Assembly: GCA_022711575.1 (NCBI GenBank)
Contig: JAKLES010000001.1
Coordinates: 1-58,487, forward strand
DNA: 58,487 nucleotides
Direction: 5' to 3'
Source of the DNA: Deltaproteobacteria bacterium
GTDB lineage: Bacteria; Desulfobacterota; Syntrophia; Syntrophales; Smithellaceae
A model generated the notes under the pieces. That model saw nothing but the letters and a program-made list of their open reading frames with translations, was not told the DNA's origin and did not search any database. This document shows positions 1-9,126 of the stretch, piece by piece. The position numbers and the translations under genes are program-made. Each line of letters starts with the position of its first letter. The first letter of the stretch is position 1.

Positions 1-251
1 GCGATGACTTCAATCCATTCGATGTAGTGCTTTTCTTCCATGGGATGGGCCACGCTGCCAACGGTCACCTTGACACCGCCGGCCACTTTTTCCACCACGG
101 GAACGTGTTTTTCCTTGGCGGCATCCGTTGTGTTTTCCGTCATAAGTTTCATGGGCTGATCGCAGCACACAAGCTTTCCCACACCCGCGTGAAGTATTTC
201 CACGATATTGCCGCATACGTTACATTTGTAAACTTCGTTTCTGTTGGCCAT
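1..251 (-). CDS. dfx: Desulfoferrodoxin (2Fe superoxide reductase), first 83 codons; the 3' end runs off the window
   Basis: Absent from the ORF track because it is open at the window edge. Reverse-strand ATG at 251-249, with GGAGG 7 nt upstream. Translation is [83 protein letters not shown]. This shows the desulforedoxin-type CxxC...CC centre followed by the EKHVP and [13 protein letters not shown] motifs of the SOR domain. Confidence 0.85.
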   Translation of the reverse strand, partial: MANRNEVYKCNVCGNIVEILHAGVGKLVCCDQPMKLMTENTTDAAKEKHVPVVEKVAGGVKVTVGSVAHPMEEKHYIEWIEVI

Positions 252-275
252 ATAAACCTCCTCATTATATTATGA

Positions 276-773
276 TTAATCTACTTTCTTAAACATCTTT
301 CCCTTGGCGCCGCAGATCGGACAAGCTTCCGGCGCTTCTTTTTCCACAGTATAACCGCAGACCGGACAAACATGGTAACTGTAAATTTCTCTAGCGTTGT
401 CGAGATTGTCGAACATCTGCTGATAGAGATGGGCGTGAATTTTTTCCACTTCGTTGGCAAAGTTGAAAGACCGTTCCGCTTCTTTATGACCTTCGGCTTT
501 GGCCGCCTCAATCATGGCCGGATACATGCTTTTGAATTCGTGAGTCTCTCCGGCGATGGCTTCCTGAAGATTTTCCTTTGTGGAACGGATGCCTTTCATG
601 GCTTTCAAATGGGCATGGGCGTGAACGGTCTCCGCTTCCGCCGCGGCCCGAAATAGTTTTGCCGCCTGGGTAAATCCCTCCTGATCGGCCTTGGCCGCAA
701 ACGCCAGATATTTCCGGTTGGCCTGTGATTCTCCTGCAAAAGCTTCCTTCAATGCTTCTTCTGTTTTTGACAT
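276..773 (-). CDS. rbr: Rubrerythrin
   Basis: The ORF has diiron four-helix motifs (ESQANRKY, EAETVHAHAH, GETHEF, EVEKIHAHLY) plus a C-terminal rubredoxin-like CPVCGY...CPICGA. The ATG at 773 (MSKTEE) has better GGAG spacing than the ATG at 779. Confidence 0.9.
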   Translation of the reverse strand: MSKTEEALKEAFAGESQANRKYLAFAAKADQEGFTQAAKLFRAAAEAETVHAHAHLKAMKGIRSTKENLQEAIAGETHEFKSMYPAMIEAAKAEGHKEAERSFNFANEVEKIHAHLYQQMFDNLDNAREIYSYHVCPVCGYTVEKEAPEACPICGAKGKMFKKVD

Positions 774-841
774 TTTCATATGCTCCTTCGTTTTATTTTT
801 TTATAAATCAATTTAAAATTTGTCGGTAAAAGCATTACTCT

Positions 842-881
842 CCGGATTCAGCAACGTTTGTGCGGCTGTTGCTGAATCCGG
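842..881 (-). terminator. Perfect 14-bp stem-loop between the katG remnant and rbr; probably the former katG terminator or an RNA-stabilising hairpin
   Basis: CCGGATTCAGCAAC (842-855) pairs perfectly with GTTGCTGAATCCGG (868-881) around a 12-nt loop. No clean U-tract follows on the minus strand, so a terminator function is uncertain. Confidence 0.4.
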
Positions 882-887
882 TAATGA

Positions 888-1028
888 TCAATTTACGCCA
901 GGTCGAAACGCAGCGAGAGGTCTGCCGTGGTCATCATCGGCCGGCCACCAGTCCCGGTTCGAGGTGCCGTCACCGGAAATGGGTTTTTTCATAATGCCTG
1001 TTAACGGGCATTTACCTTCTTCGGCCAT
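888..1028 (-). pseudogene. katG: Catalase-peroxidase (katG) remnant: N-terminal ~29 codons fused out of frame to an internal or C-terminal katG fragment
   Basis: ATG at 1028-1026 with AAAGGAGG 7 nt upstream. Frame 0 reads MAEEGKCPLTGIMKKPISGDGTSNRDWWP..., which is the conserved KatG N-terminus (GKCP....GGTSNRDWWPN). The next frame reads RPMMTTADLSLRFDLA*, matching the KatG motif PMMLTTDL(S/A)LRFDP. The whole remnant is about 140 nt, against about 2.2 kb for an intact katG. Confidence 0.6.
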
Positions 1029-1075
1029 CTGATTTCCTCCTTTCTTTGAATGATTTGTTAGAAACCTTATCCCTT

Positions 1076-1098
1076 TTATCTTGTTATCTTATCAATAA
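1076..1098 (-). promoter_or_regulatory. Candidate Fur-family (PerR/Fur-like) operator upstream of the katG remnant
   Basis: The minus strand reads TTATTGATAAGATAACAAGATAA, three GATAA-containing hexamers in an AT-rich stretch about 50-70 nt upstream of the ATG. It resembles the GATAAT-repeat architecture of Fur boxes. This is pattern recognition only. Confidence 0.25.
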
Positions 1099-1197
1099 TC
1101 TGGAATGCTTCTGAGTTGATACCGAAAACCAATCATCGTGATTCTCTCACCTTTTGTTTAATGTGCCGCAAGGCTGCACAATAAGAAATAAGAAATT

Positions 1198-1626
1198 TCA
1201 ACCGGAGCGCTTCAGGCAATCCCGGCAATACCCGTGAAACTCCAGTCGGGTGTCTGTTACTACAAAACCCGATTTCCGGGCAATGTCTCGGGGTTCAAGC
1301 GATGCGGCGATTGCATAGTCAAAAATCTTCCCACAGCGTTTGCAGATGAGATTCACATGGTCTGAAAGGTCCACATCATAGCGGTTCTCCATCCGGTCGA
1401 ATTCCAATTGTCGAATCAGACCGTTTTCAGAAAACTCCTTCAGGGTCGCATAAACGGTGGATAAGCTGATACGACGCGATGTCTTGCTCGCTGCTTCATA
1501 AATCAAAGTCGCGCCGGGGTGAGCTTCACGATGCTCCACCAGCGCATCAATAATCGCCAAACGCTGGGGGGTTATCTTGAAACCTTTTTCCTTTAATTGG
1601 CTGATTAGGCCGTCTTTGCAAATCAT
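1198..1626 (-). CDS. Fur-family transcriptional regulator (PerR-like by context)
   Basis: Winged-helix N-terminus (KITPQRLAIIDAL..HPGA..IY), dimerisation domain, and structural Zn site CKRCGK...CRDC. The internal ATG at 1626 (MICKDGL) was chosen over the long-ORF start at 1665. It sits upstream of rbr/dfx/katG' and divergent from nrfHA. Confidence 0.85.
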   Translation of the reverse strand: MICKDGLISQLKEKGFKITPQRLAIIDALVEHREAHPGATLIYEAASKTSRRISLSTVYATLKEFSENGLIRQLEFDRMENRYDVDLSDHVNLICKRCGKIFDYAIAASLEPRDIARKSGFVVTDTRLEFHGYCRDCLKRSG

Positions 1627-1758
1627 AACCACTCTGGAATGATTCCATTTTATTTTAAAGTACAATCATGCATATAAATTGTCAATACATATTTTTTATG
1701 CGAATTGCCTCAAATAAAATGTTATCGAAGGAGGTGATAAAAGAGGTACATTTTTGTA

Positions 1759-1787
1759 TTGACTTGAATTTCATTCGGGGTTAGGAT
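1759..1787 (+). promoter_or_regulatory. Candidate sigma70 promoter for nrfHA
   Basis: TTGACT (1759-1764), a 17-nt spacer, then TAGGAT (1782-1787), about 70 nt upstream of the nrfH ATG. Confidence 0.3.
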
Positions 1788-1856
1788 TTCAGGCAATTCT
1801 ACACGTGAATATAACGTTACCGGTCAAGATTCCTGAATGAATGCGGTGAATATTTT

Positions 1857-2333
1857 ATGCAGTCCGAAAACGTTAAAGAATCATCCATATTCAAATTTTT
1901 AATTTCCGGCATCGCCATTGGGATCATCCTTTCGGCCATTGCTGTCGGAGCTTATCATCAATCTGGCAATGCCCGATTTTGCGGATCCTGTCACAGCATG
2001 AATCCCGTCCATCATCAGTGGAAAGCATCCAATCATCATCAGTACACCTGCACGGAATGTCATCTCCCGGACACGCATATCATCGGCCAGGTTGCCTACA
2101 AAACAAAAGCCGGCATCAATGATTTGATCCACGAAACGGCACGTGATTATCCCGTGGCGATCGGCCTGTCCGACCATGCTCGTCAGATCGTCAACGGAAA
2201 CTGTGTGCGCTGCCATGCTTCAACAGTCGCCCCCACGCCGATGGCACAGGGTGGCGGTGACTGTATAAAATGTCACCGTTATCTAGTTCACGGCAGAGGA
2301 AATGACCAAGGAGGAATAAAAATTGAAAAGTAA
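1857..2333 (+). CDS. nrfH: Cytochrome c nitrite reductase small subunit NrfH (NapC/NirT tetrahaem quinol dehydrogenase)
   Basis: N-terminal TM helix and four haem-binding motifs: CGSCH, CTECH, CVRCH, CIKCH. Overlaps nrfA by 11 nt. Confidence 0.9.
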   Translation: MQSENVKESSIFKFLISGIAIGIILSAIAVGAYHQSGNARFCGSCHSMNPVHHQWKASNHHQYTCTECHLPDTHIIGQVAYKTKAGINDLIHETARDYPVAIGLSDHARQIVNGNCVRCHASTVAPTPMAQGGGDCIKCHRYLVHGRGNDQGGIKIEK

Positions 2334-3603
2334 GAATATTCTCTTGAAAAGCCTGCTGGGCATTGCCCTGATCATCCTGATTGTCATCCTGATTCGTGTC
2401 TTTTTGCTGCAACCTTCGGACACCTTTAAACTGGCGGCTATTCCCGACACGGAATATGATCCAGCTGTCTGGGGCAAACATTATCCTCTGGAATATCAGA
2501 GCTATCTAAAGAATAAAGAGATGGCCGCTTCTCCCAGCGGCTTTGGCGGGTCAATCAAAGAACAGAAGTCTATCAAGGAACCGGAGATCCTGATCAACTT
2601 CAAAGGGATGGCTTTCAGCAAGGATTATACCGAAGACCGCGGCCACCCTTATGCCATGGATGATTTAAAAGAAACAAAGCGTGTTACACCAGCGACGGTT
2701 GGTTCCTGCATGACCTGCAAGACGGCCAATCTGCGTGATATTTACAAAACCATGGGCTGGAGTTATGCCAAAAAACCCCTGGCCGAATTGATGCCGCTCA
2801 TCAAACATCCCATCGTCTGCGCCAACTGCCATGACCCCAAGACAATGAAACTGCGCGTCAGCAATCCTGCTTTTATCGATGCCATGCAGCGGCGGGGCAT
2901 TGATGTTGCCAAGGCATCACGCGAGGATATGCGCAGCTATGTCTGCGGTCAGTGCCACGCGGAATACTACTTTAAACCGGATGATAAGCGTGTGACTTTC
3001 CCCTGGGATAAGGGATTGAAACCGCAGGATATGTATGCCTATTACAAGGAAATTCCATCCGGTTTCGATATGGACTGGCTGCATCCCGATTCGCAGGCCA
3101 AGATGCTCAAGGCACAGCACCCCGACTTTGAACTGTTCAGCGAAGGAGTTCATAGCAAGTCCGGCGTCTCTTGTGCGGATTGCCACATGCCTTACATGCG
3201 GGAAGGCGGACGCAAATATTCATCGCATTGGGTGACCAGTCCGATGAAGCATGTTCAGGCCTCCTGCCGCACCTGCCACACGCAAGATGAAAGATGGCTT
3301 TTGGAGCGCGTCCAGACAACCCAGAATAATGTGTTTCAGTTGCAGCGGATAGCGGGACAGACCATTGCGCGTGCGCATGACGTCATCGGCAAGGCCGGCG
3401 CGACACCGGAAGTCAATCAGGCTGAATTAAATAAAGCAAGAGAGCTGATCCGCAACGCGCAGTGGTTCTGGGATTTCATTGCCGCGGAAAACTCCATGGG
3501 CTTTCATAATCCCGACCAGACGTTAAACACACTGGGACAGTCGATTGATCTGGCGCATCAGGCCATTGCCACGGCGAATCGGGCAGCGGGAAAACAATAT
3601 TAA
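2323..3603 (+). CDS. nrfA: Cytochrome c nitrite reductase catalytic subunit NrfA (pentahaem, ammonia-forming)
   Basis: Diagnostic active-site CxxCK (CMTCK) plus four CxxCH motifs (CANCH, CGQCH, CADCH, CRTCH). N-terminal membrane anchor/signal. The start is TTG at 2323, with GGAGG 9 nt upstream. Confidence 0.9.
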   Translation: MKSKNILLKSLLGIALIILIVILIRVFLLQPSDTFKLAAIPDTEYDPAVWGKHYPLEYQSYLKNKEMAASPSGFGGSIKEQKSIKEPEILINFKGMAFSKDYTEDRGHPYAMDDLKETKRVTPATVGSCMTCKTANLRDIYKTMGWSYAKKPLAELMPLIKHPIVCANCHDPKTMKLRVSNPAFIDAMQRRGIDVAKASREDMRSYVCGQCHAEYYFKPDDKRVTFPWDKGLKPQDMYAYYKEIPSGFDMDWLHPDSQAKMLKAQHPDFELFSEGVHSKSGVSCADCHMPYMREGGRKYSSHWVTSPMKHVQASCRTCHTQDERWLLERVQTTQNNVFQLQRIAGQTIARAHDVIGKAGATPEVNQAELNKARELIRNAQWFWDFIAAENSMGFHNPDQTLNTLGQSIDLAHQAIATANRAAGKQY

Positions 3604-3807
3604 TAACGAAGCTTATTAATGAGAAACTTTCCCCTTTTCAGCCGTTACAGGACGGACACCTACCCAGCCACTTCGGCGACATGTACCCGCAGCGTTGGCA
3701 AAAGAAACTGGTTTTTGTTTTTTTAAAATTATTTCTCCCAAGGTGTCAGTTTCAAGAGCATGAATTCCTGCCGAATATCAATACGAATGGCTATCACGTG
3801 AATCGGA

Positions 3808-4434
3808 TCATTCCTTCTGGCCAATCATTAAAAAAATGGTGAAAATACGGTTATTCGAACCGTCAACCAGTTTTTCAATACAGGCGGCATCAAAGACACG
3901 AATATCCCTAAATCCTGCTTCTTGAAAACCCAGACGCAAATCCTCACGATCAAACCCGAAGTGAAACACGCCGTCATTAGAGGCGTGAAATTGGCCGTCA
4001 TCCATGTCCAGATCTGCGACACACAGAGTCCCGGAAGTATGTAACACCTGATAGAACTGTTTCAATAAAGGCCTAAATCCTTTAATATGGTGTAGCGTCA
4101 TACTGCTGACAACAAGATGATAGCGACCAGTTAAATTATCACCCTTATCCAGATCCAGATACGAAGTCTCAACGTTCTTCAGAGCATTGTCTGAAATTTT
4201 CCGGCGAAAAACGTCGAGCATGCCCTGGGAACTATCGACACCGGTGACGGAGTGAACAAAAGGCTGTAACGCCAACGAAATCAAACCCGTCCCACAGCCG
4301 AAATCCAGAACATCCATATCAGACCTTAAAATCAATGTACGGATCATGCTATGAGCAATGTCGGAAGCTACTTGAACACGTTCGGGAACCTGATCCCAAT
4401 TCGAGGCTTCCCGGTCAAAGTCTCTTTTTTTCAT
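3808..4434 (-). CDS. Class I SAM-dependent methyltransferase
   Basis: Motif I VLDFGCGTGLIS and a Methyltransf_11/25-like layout. Substrate unknown. Confidence 0.8.
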   Translation of the reverse strand: MKKRDFDREASNWDQVPERVQVASDIAHSMIRTLILRSDMDVLDFGCGTGLISLALQPFVHSVTGVDSSQGMLDVFRRKISDNALKNVETSYLDLDKGDNLTGRYHLVVSSMTLHHIKGFRPLLKQFYQVLHTSGTLCVADLDMDDGQFHASNDGVFHFGFDREDLRLGFQEAGFRDIRVFDAACIEKLVDGSNNRIFTIFLMIGQKE

Positions 4435-4598
4435 TCTTCATCTCGGCTGCCCCATCGGGCGTCAATTCAGTAAAGAATAAATCATCAAGTTAGTGACCAA
4501 CGCTACTTTATAAGCATTCGACCACTTTAAAAAACCTGCGCGTGTCTCAACATCAAACAGGGTCATCCACATTTTCGTCCGCTGTTATTTTTGGGAAG

Positions 4599-6038
4599 TT
4601 ACTTATCCGCCCGCTTCAACCTTTGGCAAGCGGAATCTTTACCCAGGATTACGAATACTTTATCCAGTTCAGGGCCTGTGATTTTCCCGGTAAGCGCCGC
4701 CCGAACAGGCATATATAAATCCCTGCCTTTAACACCGGATTTTTCTTTGGCGTGTTTGATAGCCGCAATATAGATTTCCTGGGGTGAACCAGTGGCGTCC
4801 GCCAGATATTCGCCAAAAGACTGGACCACTTTTCGAGCATTTGCGGTATCAAGAATATGTTTTGCATCGGATGAAATTTCGTATCGGTCATCAAAAAATA
4901 AATCGATATGCCCGCCAATGTCGGCCAGCGTCGTTAATTCATCCTTGACGATTTCAATCACATTTTTAAACCATTCTGGATCCAGCGTTTCCGGCTGAAA
5001 ACCAAACTCGTGCAAAAATGGCTGAAGCCTCATTATTAATTCATCGGTAGCCAAACTTCGAATATAAATGGCGTTGAGCCAGCGGAGTTTGCCTTCATCA
5101 AAGACCGCGCCGCTTTTGGATGCCCGTTCTAGTGAAAAAACTTCAATCATTTCGGACTGTGAGAAAATTTCTCGACCGTCGGTAAAAGAGCTGCCCAGAA
5201 GCCCCAGGTAGTTAAGCAGCGCTTCAGGCAAAAATCCCCGTCTGCGGAACTCACCCACGGATACGGAACCATGACGTTTGCTGAGTTTGGCGTGGTCTTT
5301 ACCCAGAATCAGGCAATGGTGAGCAAAAGCTGGCGGTTCATATCCGAAAGCCCTATAAAGCATAATTTGCAAGGCGGTGTTGGAAAGATGATCTTCACCG
5401 CGGATGACATGCGTAATCGCCATCAGATGATCATCGATTACCACTGCAAAATTATAAGCGGGCATCCCGTTGGAGCGGACAATAATGAAATCGCCGATGG
5501 ATTCGCCTTCAAATTTGATCGGCCCGCGGATCAGATCATTCAATTCGATGCTGGTCGGCGGTACCTTAAAACGGTAAGAAGGCTTTCTACCCTGCGCCAC
5601 CAGCGCTTCGCGCTCTGCATCTGAAAGATTGCGGCATTTGCCCATATAACGTGGCATGCGTTTGCTTAGAATTAGCGTCTGACGTTCCTCGTCAAGTTCT
5701 TCCTCAGTGCAGTAACATGGATAAACCAGATCCGAATCCATTAACTTCTTTAGATGATCCGAGTATATATCCAACCGCTCACTCTGTTTATAGGGTCCGT
5801 ACGCTCCATCTTTTCCCGGCCCTTCATCCCAATCAAGTCCCAGCCATTTCAAATCGTCGAGTAGGTTACTCTGATAGGAAAGAGCGCTGCGGGATTCGTC
5901 CGTATCTTCAATCCGCAAAATTAAATTTCCGCCCCAATGACGGGCAAACATCCAGTTAAATAAAGCGGTGCGCGCATTGCCCACATGCAGTTCGCCGGTC
6001 GGCGAGGGTGCGAATCGAGTTCTGGGCTTGTCAATCAT
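4599..6038 (-). CDS. gltX: Glutamate--tRNA ligase
   Basis: RFAPSPTGELHVGNARTALFNW (HIGH region) and KLSKRHG (KMSKS). Start taken at the ATG at 6038 (MIDKPRTRF), which overlaps the ispDF stop by 8 nt. Confidence 0.95.
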   Translation of the reverse strand: MIDKPRTRFAPSPTGELHVGNARTALFNWMFARHWGGNLILRIEDTDESRSALSYQSNLLDDLKWLGLDWDEGPGKDGAYGPYKQSERLDIYSDHLKKLMDSDLVYPCYCTEEELDEERQTLILSKRMPRYMGKCRNLSDAEREALVAQGRKPSYRFKVPPTSIELNDLIRGPIKFEGESIGDFIIVRSNGMPAYNFAVVIDDHLMAITHVIRGEDHLSNTALQIMLYRAFGYEPPAFAHHCLILGKDHAKLSKRHGSVSVGEFRRRGFLPEALLNYLGLLGSSFTDGREIFSQSEMIEVFSLERASKSGAVFDEGKLRWLNAIYIRSLATDELIMRLQPFLHEFGFQPETLDPEWFKNVIEIVKDELTTLADIGGHIDLFFDDRYEISSDAKHILDTANARKVVQSFGEYLADATGSPQEIYIAAIKHAKEKSGVKGRDLYMPVRAALTGKITGPELDKVFVILGKDSACQRLKRADK

Positions 6039-7218
6039 TCTTAATCCTTTCCACACCGCTGGCTATGGCCAATACGGCTATGCCTTCCTGACGGCCTACA
6101 AAACCCATACCTTCATTGGTTTTGGCTTTGATATTGACAACCGTCTCTGAAATATTCAACGTCCTGGCAATATTGGATGCCATCATTGCGGCATACGGCG
6201 CGAGCTTGGGCTTTTCTGCCATGACCGTGACGTCAATATTATTGATACTCAGCCCTTTTGCCTCAATGATTTGTTTTACACGCGCTAAAAGAATGAGACT
6301 GGCGATATTTTTGTAAGCTGGATCGGTGTCCGGAAAATGTCTGCCGATGTCTCCGCAACCGGCCAAACCTAAAAGCGAGTCACAAACGGCGTGCAACAAT
6401 GCATCAGCGTCGGAATGTCCCGCAAGTCCACGATCGAAGGGAATTTCAACGCCGCCCAAGATCAGTTTCCTGTCCGAAATGAATCGATGGCTGTCATAAC
6501 CCAGCCCGCTCCGATAAATTATCTTTTCCTTTATTTTTTCTTTCATCAAAGCTTCCGCCATAATCAAATCTTCCGGAGTCGTGATTTTTATGTTTTCGCA
6601 AGAACCGGCGATCATGCGGACTTGCGCCCCCATTCGCTCGACCAAGGACGCGTCATCCGTCCCATAATAATTATCTCTGGTTGCTGCCTCATATGCCCGG
6701 CATAAAAGGTCATATTGAAAGGCCTGGGGAGTTTGCGTCTGCCATAAATTTCGGCGAGGCAATGTTACCGTCACGATGTTTTCACCGGTTGTTTCCTTAA
6801 TGGTATCTTTGGCCGGAACCCCGATCGATGCAGCTCCTTCTTCAGCTGCCGCCCTCGCAACCTGAACAATGATGTCATCCGTTACAAATGGACGCACACC
6901 GTCATGGACAATCACAATATCGCATGGCTTTGTAATCGCGCCAAGACCATTACGGACCGAATCCTGACGTTCATTACCACCAGCAACAATAGCTGATACT
7001 TTCGTCAAAGCATATTTTTCGATTATTTGCTTCCGAACGGACACTAAATGGTCTTTAGGCACAACCAGAATAATATCATCAATAGCGTCTGATTTCTGAA
7101 ACACGTTAAGCGTGTGAACCAATACAGGCAGTGAATTCAGAAAAAGATATTGTTTGGCAACATCGGCACCCAATCTCTTGCCGGAACCACCTGCGGGAAT
7201 GATGGCCACTGTTCTCAT
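6031..7218 (-). CDS. ispDF: Bifunctional 2-C-methyl-D-erythritol 4-phosphate cytidylyltransferase / MEcPP synthase
   Basis: N-terminal IspD (AIIPAGGSGKRLG, VHDGVRPF) fused to C-terminal IspF (GLGYDSHRF, GHSDADALLHA). Confidence 0.95.
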   Translation of the reverse strand: MRTVAIIPAGGSGKRLGADVAKQYLFLNSLPVLVHTLNVFQKSDAIDDIILVVPKDHLVSVRKQIIEKYALTKVSAIVAGGNERQDSVRNGLGAITKPCDIVIVHDGVRPFVTDDIIVQVARAAAEEGAASIGVPAKDTIKETTGENIVTVTLPRRNLWQTQTPQAFQYDLLCRAYEAATRDNYYGTDDASLVERMGAQVRMIAGSCENIKITTPEDLIMAEALMKEKIKEKIIYRSGLGYDSHRFISDRKLILGGVEIPFDRGLAGHSDADALLHAVCDSLLGLAGCGDIGRHFPDTDPAYKNIASLILLARVKQIIEAKGLSINNIDVTVMAEKPKLAPYAAMMASNIARTLNISETVVNIKAKTNEGMGFVGRQEGIAVLAIASGVERIKND

Positions 7219-7318
7219 AATTCATCTCAAAATAAAACAGGCCCGGAAAATTATTTTCCCGGGCCTGTTCGCCAAAGGTATTTCTTTCCGGCCAAAAATA
7301 TTACATAATTTTTTATTA

Positions 7319-8341
7319 CTAATCGTTACTTTTCTTTTCGGCGGCTTCTTTCAATTCGGTAAAAATCATCCGGCCGGCCGTCGTTTGCAATACGCTCGTG
7401 ACAATAACTTCAACATTCATATTAATCATTTTTTGCGCGCTATCTACAATAATCATGGTTCCGTCATCCAGGTAACCAACACCCTGCCCCTGTTCCTTGC
7501 CTTCCCGTATAATCTTAACCAGCATCTGCTCTCCGGGTAAAACCACCGGTTTCATCGCATTGGCCAGTTCATTGACATTCAGTACACGCACGCCCTGCAA
7601 CTCGGCAACCTTGTTGAGATTATAATCATTGGTCATGAGTTTGGCGTTTAATTTCTGGGCCAGGGCCACAAGTTTGCCGTCTACGCCTTTTATTTTCGGA
7701 AAATCCTGTTCAACGATTTCAATATGAATTGCGGAGCTTTTCTGCATGCGATTGAGAACATCCAATCCCCGTCGGCCTCGCGAACGTTTCATCGAGTCGG
7801 ACGAATCCGCAATGAATTGTAATTCATTGAGAACAAAACGCGGAACAATCAATTCTCCGTCCATAAAACCAGTATCGCAAATATCTGCGATTCTTCCATC
7901 AATGATCACACTCGTATCCAGCAAACGCTGGTCAATCGAATTCTTGTTTTCAGTAGCGCTAAAATTGAACTCCTCGGCTTTTTTAGAACCGAGAACAAGT
8001 CCCAGGTAGCCTAAGATACCCGTCAGAAGAAGATATATCCACGGGACCACATGCTGATTTTGCGTGATCCTGATGGCCATATTTAAGCCAAAACCAAGAA
8101 TCAACGCAATCAGCAAGCCGATAAACATACCAATGACGCCGCCTGCGATGACTCTCAGAGATTGTTTGCGGATATCCTGTTCAACTCGGATGACCAGCAG
8201 TGCAACAACTAAACCTATAATAAAGCCGATAATTGCCTGTAAATAAGCATATGAACTTGTCGCTGTCATGTAATAGGCGATGAAATAACCGCTAATGGAA
8301 CAGGCTAAAACTAATAATGCTCTTATGATCAACTGCTTCAC
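7319..8341 (-). CDS. PIN/TRAM domain-containing membrane protein (YacL-like)
   Basis: Four N-terminal TM helices, a PIN domain ([22 protein letters not shown]) and a C-terminal TRAM-like domain. The first codon at 8341 is GTG and lies inside the SD-like AAGGAGGTG, so the true start may be the TTG at 8332. Confidence 0.8.
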   Translation of the reverse strand: MKQLIIRALLVLACSISGYFIAYYMTATSSYAYLQAIIGFIIGLVVALLVIRVEQDIRKQSLRVIAGGVIGMFIGLLIALILGFGLNMAIRITQNQHVVPWIYLLLTGILGYLGLVLGSKKAEEFNFSATENKNSIDQRLLDTSVIIDGRIADICDTGFMDGELIVPRFVLNELQFIADSSDSMKRSRGRRGLDVLNRMQKSSAIHIEIVEQDFPKIKGVDGKLVALAQKLNAKLMTNDYNLNKVAELQGVRVLNVNELANAMKPVVLPGEQMLVKIIREGKEQGQGVGYLDDGTMIIVDSAQKMINMNVEVIVTSVLQTTAGRMIFTELKEAAEKKSND

Positions 8342-8514
8342 CTCCTTTCTTCAAAATGATTAAAATAATATTATATTCACGTATTAATATACGCAGGCTA
8401 CTAATTTGCTTCTTAAATAATATGGAGGTCTAATTTTCCCCTTGATCACGTAAAACTGATCCATCATGATTCATTTTTCAAAGAGCACAAAATAATTGAA
8501 TAAATTATAGGCTG

Positions 8515-9000
8515 CTATTGTACTGTGAAAATCATTTGTAAATCGTGTTCGACTTTTGCTTCCTGCGCGTTGGTGGCTACGGATATTTCTTTAACCAGCA
8601 AATTTTTAGCGGTATCCATCATTTTCCGCTCTCCAAAAGAAAGGTTTTTGTCACTTTTCAAAATGAACAAATCCCTTAAAACACTGGCAATTTCAAAAAC
8701 AGAACCGGTTTTGATCTTCTCCAGATACTCTCGATAGCGTTTATTCCAGGTTTGCTTGTCGATAGTCACATCCTTATTGCGCAGAATCTCATATACCCTG
8801 GGTATTTCCTTCTCCATGATAACTTCGCGCAACCCCACTGCCTTGGCTGAAGTTGTCGGAATCATGATTTTCATGCCATTACCCATAATTTTCATGACGT
8901 AAAAAGGCTGCTTCTTCCCCATAACCTCTCTATTTTCAATAGCTTCAATGACACCGACCCCTTGTGCCGGATATACCGCCAAATCCCCTACTTTGAACAT
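8515..9000 (-). CDS. carD: CarD/CdnL-family RNA-polymerase-binding transcription factor
   Basis: MFKVGDLAVYPAQGVGVIEAIE....FYVMKI is the CarD N-terminal Tudor-like domain. 161 aa. Confidence 0.9.
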   Translation of the reverse strand: MFKVGDLAVYPAQGVGVIEAIENREVMGKKQPFYVMKIMGNGMKIMIPTTSAKAVGLREVIMEKEIPRVYEILRNKDVTIDKQTWNKRYREYLEKIKTGSVFEIASVLRDLFILKSDKNLSFGERKMMDTAKNLLVKEISVATNAQEAKVEHDLQMIFTVQ

Positions 9001-9126
9001 TTTATATTCCCCTGCCTTTCCATAATTAAGATGTTATAATAACATTTATTCTGTATTTAGTCAATGATTAATGCAATTTACTGAAATGTTTGATTAATGT
9101 TATTGACCGGGTAACCAAACTGGCAT

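Noticed and set aside
940-975. In frame 0, the stub sequence WWPADDDHGRPL also resembles the second KatG motif WWPADYGHYGPL, suggesting a deletion between the two WWP motifs
   Set aside because: The same nucleotides read in the +1 frame give PMMTTADLSLRFD, an 11 of 13 match to PMMLTTDLSLRFD. That is a much stronger match, and both cannot be homologous, so the frame-0 resemblance is treated as partly coincidental.
820-1032. A 70-aa plus-strand ORF between rbr and the Fur-family gene
   Set aside because: The opposite strand carries an RBS, an ATG and KatG-homologous sequence. The plus-strand ORF has no RBS or motifs and is better explained as antisense to the katG remnant.
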